Shown here: positions 54,740-64,000 of the stretch, one piece after another | Layout: each line of letters opens with the position of its first letter | Position numbering within the stretch: position 1 is the stretch's first letter | Source of the DNA: Phoronis australis | Lineage: Eukaryota; Animalia; Phoronida | Reading direction: 5' to 3' | Assembly: GCA_002633005.1 (NCBI GenBank) | Contig: NMRA01000161.1 | Coordinates: 473,666 to 537,665, forward strand | Length of the DNA: 64,000 nucleotides | Program-made: the position numbers and the translations under genes | Notes under the pieces: model-generated | What the model saw: the letters and a program-made list of their open reading frames with translations, nothing else | Databases searched by the model: none | What the model was told of the DNA's origin: nothing

Positions 54740-57266
54740 GTAAGTTATTTATCGAAAACATCCTTTTTACGACTATTTTTACAGAGAGAGTCTGCGGAAT
54801 AATGCCACGGTGGAAAGCAACCATAAATGTGAAGAAACCACATATTTGTACATTCAAAAACAGACTTAATAACATTTATTGTATTGCTTGTGACCAAAGC
54901 AGGAAGTTGAAAACAAAAACGACACTTGAGTATTGCATGAACGACGTTTCGTTATTAAATTATGGCGATGATGTTTGTGTATTAACGGAACGTTGTTCAT
55001 GCTGCACTCTAGGTACACCTAAATGTCGTAGTAGTTGATTACCATTTTGAGTGTTGTTGAGACATTGCAGTATCACTGTTGATGAATATGAAATTTCTTA
55101 CACTCAGGAACTACGCTTAAGTAACGCGCGTCACTTTCCGTACATTCTTCATGTTTACCGTACCAGTTTACCGCCGCACAAGACATTCGTCTTCAGAGAC
55201 CGCCTTGTAAAATTATCAATGCATTGATCCTCGTTCAGCAAACCTGGCGACTCAAAAAAGTCACGGAACAATACTTTTCTTTCAAGTGTTTTATTCTTGT
55301 ACTTGCATCTGCAAATATCACGTCTGCACACATGTACATACGCTGGTGCATATTTCTCACTGCACACGTGTACATACGCAGGAGCATGTTACTGATCTTT
55401 GACCGTCGTCCGCCTAACCCTCTTGCAGGATCTTCATGAAATTTGCCAATATAATTTGTAATTTCAATCGGTGGACACCACTCTCTATCCAATTCAAATT
55501 GCCACGACGTTTCGGTCAGTCAATTCTACAGCCATTTCCACGTGTTATAGCATTCTTAGTGGAACGATCATGGATATTTGGTATACTCGAAGTCGTCAAT
55601 GATCACCGCTATTTGGTAGTGTATGTTTTTTTGTTTTTTTTTGATTCGAAGTGTTACTAACCGAAACTTCGTGCATTTATCAATAGACTAGACGTTGCTT
55701 TAAACCAATGGGTTTTAAAAATGGTGTTACCTTATGACCATCCTAGTCAAAACGATTTTAGGAAAAGTTTGACTGATGTGTTCCGATAAGCTGGTGGCGA
55801 CATTCGGACGGGTCTAACTACTGCTTGGCCAAATAGTGGCAATTTCATTTTTTAGGGACGTTTGCCTCTGTCCCTTTCAAATCACTCGATGGAGGTTTCT
55901 GAAATATGATAGACAATGACGACGCTATCCGTGAATTTTTGGGCCTAGCCGACAACTGCTAGGCCCTTATTGGCAATTTTGGTAGTTTCATGTCCATTTT
56001 AAGGTGTCCATCTCCTTATCTGCCAATCCGCTTGAATGACTGTCATTCAATTTAAAAATGTTGCTATCAACAAGAGCATGTCTGGTGCGATCTTTTAAAG
56101 CATATTGATCGCATTATCAGTTTCAGTTTTGTGAATTATTTTTGATAATTGAATAACGTCAATTTTTTTTATTTTTCAAGGGACGGGCTTATATTTAGGG
56201 TGCTATGAAGTTAGTAGATAAGTCTTTTTACGAGTTCAGACCTTGGACCTACATGCACTTATCGAAAATCCTGGAAATTCTCACTCCTTTACACACTTGT
56301 AACAGAAAACGAGAACTGCTTTAAAAAGGTGCCGTGTTGTAGGTGGCTTGATTTTATAAAAAAAAAATTCACCCTTTAATATTTTCACCCTGGCACAACG
56401 CTAACGTTTTGCACTGACTTTTTAATCAAATCTGACCTAAATGGAATTGTAGGAACACAAGGAGGGAGTCATTGAATTTAATATATCAAATAACTTGGAT
56501 TTAAAACAGCACTCCTGAATTGTGAATTATAGTCCACCATATAACTGTCAGTTTTGGTAGTCTTATTATATTGCATTGAAGATTCTTAGCGAACTCGTTT
56601 GGTTTCAACAACTTCCGTAATGAAGGTGGAGTTCCTTGAAACCCTGTTTGCGCATTTTCATCTTTACAGCACTTATCGGTAGACAGATAAGATATACGTA
56701 AGCGTTCTTATAATGAATACACGTCCCAATCGATAACAAATGTTTCTATGTCTTGGAAAATGACACACCTGGTTTATCATCAGGTCACAATCATGACGCT
56801 TGGCAATCTAGCCAGTATGTGGATGAAAAACCATTTTCAATGGGACTGTGAAATGTAAATGGTGGTTCTCGTATAAATACTTTTGCACCATTTCACGTCC
56901 CATGAAAGCCAAATTCAACCTTCAAAAAGTATTTCACTGTCTGTGGAGCCAACATTAAATTTCTAACCAAATGGCGTTGAGAGATAAAAACTTAACGACG
57001 ATATTATTGAATGAGCCGGCAACCAGGTCACAGCCGTGGCGTATATGCGCCATTTTCAAGTTTCGGAGTTGCCCAACGCCACAAAATAGTGAATCATTTC
57101 CTTAAATGGTTCACGGTCTCAATGATCTAGCTGGTCGTGGAAATAGAATCTTATCACAGAAATTAATACTATGATACTAAATTCCTGAGAGAAAATGCCC
57201 TATTCGAGTTTTGTTTTAGCCTGCTAAACAGGGCCGAATGCAGCTTTAATATTGTATATATTTCAG

Positions 57267-57388
57267 GGGCTTGTTCTTCGGGAGTTACAATTGATGAAGA
57301 CGGACGGGAAGTGACGTCTCCAAACTTTCCGTATTTCTACCCTAACAATGTGAATTGCTATTGGAGGATATTGGCCCCCAATGGAATG
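57267..57388 (+). CDS. CUB gene exon 2: CUB1 N-terminal half
   Basis: tttcag | ACSSGVTIDEDGREVTSPNFPYFYPNNVNCYWRILAPNGM | gtaata; phase 1 to 0. Confidence 0.92.
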
Positions 57389-59045
57389 GTAATACTTAAA
57401 ACTCTAACAACTTCGTGATGTGCAATACCACAAAATATGCATGTAATGACAACCTGCCTTAAATGCTTGCACATGGAAATCTGGGAAACAGGTGTTCTTG
57501 AAGATAGCTGGTAGTGATTAGCATTAATTTCATTCACGAATTCGAAGAAATATCAATGTCTATTGCTGTGTCATCTCTGTGGACTTTAAAACTTACGCTC
57601 AAAGAGCAATTGCTGTTGTAAATATGGTCGTATGGTCGATGCAATGAATTGAATCAACCTGCATCTATAAACGATGCCAAATATTTCTGTTTGTTTATCA
57701 TGCAAGCATTCATAACTCCAACCTTTATAATGCAAATAAATTGAAATCCGTGAACTTTACACTTTTGACTGTCAGGTATAACATACTTGTTAAAGTGCAT
57801 TTTTATAAAACAGTGAACATTTTTGTTCATACACACCTCAGGACCAGATCAATTGTGAAACGAGATTTTAGGCTTGCCTATCCAAATATCTTCACACCAC
57901 GCACATGCTCATGCACACGTTCAGTTTGTGTAATACACTTTAGATAGGCCTGTATATATAGCCAAATGTCTACAAAATTAAAGACTTTAACTATAAAAAT
58001 TACCTGTTTGTGAAGGTGGAAAGCCTTTATAAATTGATTTGTGGCGTTTTAAAATTAATATGTTGTCTAAACTAAATACTCTACCTCATTACAAGTATAC
58101 ATTTCCTATGAAATTGGATTTTGGTCTCTTAAAATACTGCAGTTATAACTGGGTCATGTGATCAAGTCTTTTGGTAAAGTTCAGCATAGAAAGGTACATC
58201 AATAGCAAAATATTGGCACCAACAAAATGCCAATATTTGTGTGATACAAATATTTAGGGTCAAATCTCAAAAACACCGTTAAACGTGTATTAATCATCAG
58301 TTCGTTTTCTTTTTCTTCAATTTCGGATTTTCTCATGAATACCCTGAAAATTCTATTTTGATAGCCTCGGTGCATGGGTGAAACATTTTAAGAAGTAAAT
58401 CTTAACACCGTATCGGAGAACGTTGTATAAAGAAAGAGTTTCTGGCAGTTTCATACATGTATGAATCAGATCAGCCATATCTCAGATACGACGTAGCGAA
58501 ACTAGCTAAATTTGGACTTTTTATAGGGTCCTGAATAACCTTAAGTTAAAACGAATTCATACAGACCAATGCATTAGAAGAACACAATAAGATGGAACAC
58601 GATGTATTAAATGGGATGTCGAGCGACGGAGGGATTGGCTGCTGGGATGAACATTTGGAGTGAAATTAGAAAACACAAATGCTGCAGCAGTAATCAATGT
58701 GATATTTGTCCCCCTCACGACTTTCTTCATTTCTTTCCACCAAATTATTCCTGTTTGGGATTACTTCCGGGATACCTTGTCCTTTTATTTTTGTCTCTAA
58801 TTTGATGCCTGTCTAGGTAGTAGTGTATGTATCATACATCTTTTGTTCTTTTACGTATACTTGTGTGAAAAAGGCGATTGAACACATTTGGGAGGCAAAT
58901 GTATTTTTATTGTTAAGGCTACTCATTGTCAAACTATTTTTGATGTTTTTTACCTGCAAAAATTTATAGGTGGCACAATAACACCTTGGAGTGAGAAACA
59001 AAATGAGACAGTGGGCAAATGTTTTATCAGGGCTTATTTTTTCAG

Positions 59046-59247
59046 GTGATCAATGTTGATATTGACAGCATTGATATTGAGAATGATGGTGATTATTTGA
59101 CAGTTTCCGGGACTTGGAAACACTGCAGTTTCCGTGGTTACTATCCAAATGGGTTCAACTTCACGACGTCGAATAATTACCTGCACATTAGTTTTCGTTC
59201 AAACGGATATGGTAGACAAAGTGGCTTCCGACTGAGATACCGCTTCT
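59046..59247 (+). CDS. CUB gene exon 3: CUB1 C-terminal half
   Basis: tttcag | VINVDIDSIDIENDGDYLTVSGTWKHCSFRGYYPNGFNFTTSNNYLHISFRSNGYGRQSGFRLRYRF | gtaagt; phase 0 to 1. Confidence 0.92.
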
Positions 59248-59878
59248 GTAAGTTTCATTTCCATGCGTTATATGACATCCAAACTTGGTGAAACAATGTG
59301 GTATGTGATATCGCTTAAAAATCTAAGAATGTGGCACATTTACTGTTTGAATTTTAAGGTTGAGTTAGGCTTTCTAAATTAGCGTTGTATAATAATATGT
59401 GTGATTTGAGATGAAAATTAAACTAATCCCAGTGTTTTAACCGTTAAAACAATCTAGGCAACATTGATCAGGTCAACCCGAAATCGCAAATTTCAAAAAT
59501 AAATCAAGTTAGGTTAGGTGAATACCCCTAGTGAAGCAATAAATGGGAGTCCATTAGTTCACTTTGTTAGCATGTATAGTTGAGCACGCTAACTTGCCGT
59601 CTTAAAGATCTTAAACACATGGTTCTACCTCAAACATATACCAAAAACCAAGATGGAGCTGTAGCGGCTCTCATTCCTCAGTGTTAAACCCTACACACTT
59701 TGGTCATAAATACTTGAATTCGGTTACCAAATATTTTGGTATGATGTTTTATGTATTTCTTCTTCAATTTCCGTATGTGTAATCAAGAAATCGCAAAAAT
59801 TATAAAATAATTTTACTGACACCAGTCGTGAGCCGGAGTGGACTCGAAACGAGTTGAATATTGCGAGTACTATAAAAA

Positions 59879-59887
59879 GTGTGTGTG

Positions 59888-59923
<36 letters not shown>

Positions 59924-59934
59924 TGTGTGTGTGT
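59879..59934. repeat. (GT)n(GCGT)n compound microsatellite
   Basis: Direct reading. Confidence 0.95.
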
Positions 59935-60213
59935 ATTTCAGTAATTATGTTTCCGTAAGACCCTAACGTTGGCCAGAAATGACACAGGTTCGTGCGTCAG
60001 ACACGGGTGTGTCAGTGCACGATGGAGCAAGTGATCACTTCAGGGCCAAGCTGTGCCCATATTGAAAAATCGTACTTCGACCTTGAGCGACTGGGGTTTA
60101 ACATCCAGGGTAAAAACTTCGGTTACAGATTTACAGTTGGAGACATATACATATCACTGGACACTTATGTGTTTCAAAAACTGAATCGTGATTCAATAAA
60201 ATCCTTTAATTAC

Positions 60214-60451
60214 CATGCGCGCACCCAGGAGGAGCTCGGGGGGCTCGAAGGAGCCCCCCCCCCCATTTGGCGAAGTGGAAAAAAAGGTCCGCCCCTGAGA
60301 AACAAGAAGTCCGAGAGAATGAGATAAAGTCCACTAACCAGCACAAAGGCAAAAACGCGCAATTGACAGTGGTGCCGTTTTTTTTTGTTACCAAAAGGTC
60401 CACAACGTCGGGAATTCGAGCCCCCCAAATTGAAGGATGGGTGCGCGCATG
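60214..60451. mobile_element. 238-bp MITE with 14-bp perfect TIR and 5-bp TSD
   Basis: TIR catgcgcgcaccca / tgggtgcgcgcatg; attac at 60209-60213 and 60452-60456. Confidence 0.88.
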
Positions 60452-61246
60452 ATTACCACTCAGAAATGTCAGCTTTGAAATCAGGACTGTCCGCAGACTG
60501 AGTAGAGTCCTACTCGGCTTCACTTGCCCAAGACGCCGATGCAGTAGCGTCGAGTTTGTGCGGCCCAAAGTTTGTGGATATAACACTGTTTAAATTAATT
60601 TGTGTTTCATCTATGGCCTGAGTGTCGTCTGCATACCTGTCTTCATAATACTCGTCACGCTCGCTGATACAAAACCAGTACTATCCGCCGTAGTATATAT
60701 GCTGTCAACTGATCAACGTCTTCTACAGGTGACATCACGTGATTGGAAACCAAAAAAAAAATTTTTTCTTTAAAACTTAAAATTCCTGAATTTTTATCCC
60801 AAAATAAGTGTTTTTTCTTAGACTTTATTTTACAAAATTATAATACTATGTCTAAAACTCTCAAAAGGTGGAAAAACCTATTGTAGGAATGCTTTAAAAT
60901 CCGATTTTTCGTAAAAAATGAAATATATTTAAAAACACAGGATTTACGTGGTACCTAATAGTATGAATAAACAGAATTGCCATGTTTCATGCGAAAATGC
61001 TCTTAGTTAAGGATGTTACTGCGATTTTGTGGGCATTCATGATTTTTAGAAAAAAACACGTTTACGTTACGTAAAACACACAAGCCATGAGTGCGTTTCT
61101 GCGATTAACGAAGATTTTAATATGTACGTGTACTTCGAGGGTCGAAAATTCGTATTAAGAAGAGATTTGTTAAGGAAGGTAGTCAGGTTCTTTAAACGGG
61201 ATATCAAGCGGGCTTCCATGGAATAAGCCGAACTATTGTCTTTCAG

Positions 61247-61423
61247 ATAATCAAATAACGACCACGTCTGATTATAACTCGTCTGTGTCGCCTTGGTATC
61301 GGTATAACACTCCGGCCCCGATATCGTGCCCTCACCCTGTATCCAGGACAACAAACTCTTCCGAAACTACTGCAGGATACACTTCGACAAGTTGGTATAC
61401 TAACACAACAATGAGTGTCATTG
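61247..61423 (+). CDS. CUB gene exon 4: Ser/Thr-rich linker
   Basis: ctttcag | NQITTTSDYNSSVSPWYRYNTPAPISCPHPVSRTTNSSETTAGYTSTSWYTNTTMSVI | gtgaga; phase 1 to 1, open frame. Confidence 0.8.
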
Positions 61424-61967
61424 GTGAGAATATTTTATTTCGAAGTCTTTGTATGAAAATACAACCACGTACGTAAAGAATTCCTGATGAGGTTTATGCT
61501 TTTTCCCAAGTACTAGTGACTCCTCACATGTACAAAAAGACAGCCACTGGAAGGTTCCGTTGAATTAGTTTCTTGTGAGGTAGATAACGATTGTGAAAGG
61601 ACAGTGTATAGCGACAAGTAAGCGTGAGACTTTACCTCCTTCGACAAGCAAAATGGTCGTCACTGAAGTGAGTGGTTGACAAAACGGAAATGTTGGATTG
61701 TGGATAAGGGGGTATTCCATGAATAAAGAAGAATTTCTCACCGTTTTTGTCGCGCGAGTTTCTTGTGCTAGGAAGGTTTTAAACCTTATTTACCACAGCA
61801 GACACGAAGGTGCGTCACTAGCGCCACCTAGAGAATTTCAAATCGTCCATCCAATGTCAAAATAGGCTGTGCAAGGGAACCAGTTATTTGAGTAATGTTT
61901 TTATTGTTGTAATTGGTGACCAAGTTGTTAGAATGCAATTTAACACATTGGGGTCATGTTTCTGCAG

Positions 61968-62092
61968 AACGTGCTTGCGCCGGCGGTATATATCTCTATA
62001 ACGATGACTTAGAGATAACTTCGCCCAACTATCCTTCGCCATATTCAGACAACCTGCGCTGTGAGTGGCATATCCGAGCTCCGTCAGGAAAG
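61968..62092 (+). CDS. CUB gene exon 5: CUB2 N-terminal half
   Basis: ctgcag | RACAGGIYLYNDDLEITSPNYPSPYSDNLRCEWHIRAPSGK | gtaatt; phase 1 to 0. Confidence 0.93.
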
Positions 62093-62183
62093 GTAATTTT
62101 GATATTTAATTGCACAACTTAGGTAATTTCGAATAGCACATTGAGATCTAGTCACGTCCCCAATCCTCAAGATGGCGCTGATC

Positions 62184-62595
62184 GGTTTAGCCATTTGAGG
62201 TTTGGGAAATACTTTCTGCGCAATGACTAGCCGTTGCCTTGAAGTCATTAACACAAAGGCAGACTTTTAATTAGTTTAACAGGCGTTGTTGCTGCCATTC
62301 ATGAAGCAGAAGGCATTGTTTTGGTTATTGTTTGAAATAAAGGTTGTCCGTGTACTTATTTTTAATTGTTTGTTATTAATATTTTCATAGAAATTAATCT
62401 GTTTTCGAATCATAATACTTCATTTTTACAATAATTTAGACCTTGATTGCTGCAATATACTTTTAGTTTGCATGTTTATAATATATTGAAGAAAATCTCA
62501 AGGTATATTACTCGTGATATTCTGGCGATTTCGGTGAAAATGTGTCAGAATTCTGACACGTGATTTCCGATAACCAAGCCTCAAATGGCTAAACC
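62184..62595. mobile_element. 412-bp intronic MITE with ~22-bp TIR and 3-bp TSD
   Basis: TIR ggtttagccatttgaggtttgg / ccaagcctcaaatggctaaacc; atc on both flanks. Confidence 0.8.
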
Positions 62596-62906
62596 ATCAT
62601 GAGATCTACCACAGGTTGTGGAAGGGAGATAATTTCCACGAAAAAATGATAACAGAGTCACGGACAGATATTGGTGTATTTTAATTTGTTACTGACATCG
62701 AATTAGTTTCATCAATCGAAAGATGTCACTAGAATAATTCAGTAAATTACCGCCTTGTTTATCTTCGACTTTTGGCTGTCGTCGTTTAATGTTGAAAAAG
62801 TGGCCCGGGTCATTTTTCCACGTGGGTCAGGATTTAAAGTTAAACCGGCATTGAATTTATTGGCGAATTCATTCTATTGTCTATTTTATATTTGCTACTT
62901 ATTTAG

Positions 62907-63117
62907 GTTGTTAACATTCGAATACGGAGTCTTGATTTGGAGAGACATTCTTCCTGTTCATACGACTCTCTGACCCTTAACGGTCGAGGAGTCCAGTGTA
63001 AGACCTGCGGAAACTATACCGATAGATGGTTCTCAACGTCAACCAACGTTCTGGATGTTTACTTTAGAACAGACGGTAGTGTGGTTAGCCGTGGGTTTCG
63101 ACTCGACTTTAGAATCG
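62907..63117 (+). CDS. CUB gene exon 6: CUB2 C-terminal half; gene continues beyond the window
   Basis: tatttag | VVNIRIRSLDLERHSSCSYDSLTLNGRGVQCKTCGNYTDRWFSTSTNVLDVYFRTDGSVVSRGFRLDFRI | gtgagt; phase 0 to 1. Confidence 0.93.
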
Positions 63118-63554
63118 GTGAGTGTTGCTGAAATTGTACTCTACAGAATGTGCTACTTTCAGAAATTAATCTTCGAACCCTATGTTACGTCTTCATTGAC
63201 ATTCTACTACATGTAAACGACGAGCCGCGTACGACAGTGGACGGCCGGAAGCGACGTAATAACAATCTTGGGTCGAAAACAGGGACCGGAATCATTAATA
63301 ATCTTACCGGGCTGCTTAACCCAATATTTGTTTCCTTGTAGCATTATCCAACGGTGAACGGTTCAATCTTAAACGATATAATAGCCCTCAAAACTAAACG
63401 GAACCCAAGTCCTTCGGGGAATTGCCAATAATGGTACATACTGAGTAATCTTATGCCAGAAATTTGCGTTACAAATAATGTTGTTCTTGGCTTTAAATGA
63501 GTCGGCACGATTGAGTCATGATTCCAGTAAATGCGACCGCTTTATATTATTGTT

Positions 63555-63745
63555 GAATACATCCACAAAACGTGCCGAGACTGGCGTACATGAAATAAGA
63601 GACATTATTCCGCGGAATAATGTCGAGTGGGATATTATTTCATGTACGCCACTCGAGGTGCGTTTTGTGGATGTATTCATCCCATACGCATAGAATTCGT
63701 GGGTTTCTTTTATTTTCTTTCGGCATTTTATAAATACTTCACCCT
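63555..63745. mobile_element. Palindromic fold-back element, same family as 32360-32550
   Basis: caaaacg..tggcgtacatgaaataa..acattattCCGCGGaataatgtc..ttatttcatgtacgcca..cgttttg. Confidence 0.8.
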
Positions 63746-63835
63746 GACTTTTTACTTGGCGAATGACAACCTGTTGTGAATGTACGTTCGCGTTATGTTG
63801 CTAGCTTACTATAGTAAAAGAAAATAGTTTTAAAT

Positions 63836-64000
63836 CATAGGCGGATTTAGGGGGGGGCCCAGGGGGCCCGGGCCCCCCCCCCCCCTTGGCTGCCGCAAAA
63901 AAAATAAAACAGTAAGAGCATAGGGAAATGGTGAGTTTATTAATTAACCCCGGTAATTAAAATTATACGGATGAAAAAAGATTTAAATGTGTGCAGTTTT
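63836..64000. mobile_element. GC-tipped MITE start, running off the window
   Basis: Begins cataggcggatttaggggggg; inverted near-identity to 39714-39963. Confidence 0.8.

Overview
AT-rich eukaryotic (metazoan) DNA, most consistent with a marine invertebrate; the taxon cannot be fixed from sequence alone. Most ORFs in the supplied track are spurious. One apparently intact spliced gene starts on + at 54655 and runs off the right edge. It has a TATA box and six phase-compatible GT-AG exons encoding signal peptide, CUB1, an S/T-rich linker and CUB2. About 28 kb upstream is a decayed paralogous locus: a diverged copy of the promoter/intron-1 region lacking the TATA and first exon, then an orphan SRCR half-exon and a transmembrane terminal exon. 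Together these suggest a CUB-SRCR membrane-receptor family undergoing birth and death. The rest is largely transposon remnants: two Penelope-like elements that each carry a minimal hammerhead ribozyme (one with an inverted pLTR and a CR1-type LINE tail inserted at its YIG motif), three solo LINE ORF1 remnants, a cluster of THAP/P-element remnants, a Kolobok KolX-like remnant, several MITEs with clear TIRs and TSDs, and a 71-bp minisatellite. Several duplications joined by a single N look like haplotype assembly artefacts. No wholly new system could be demonstrated; the best leads are listed under findings.
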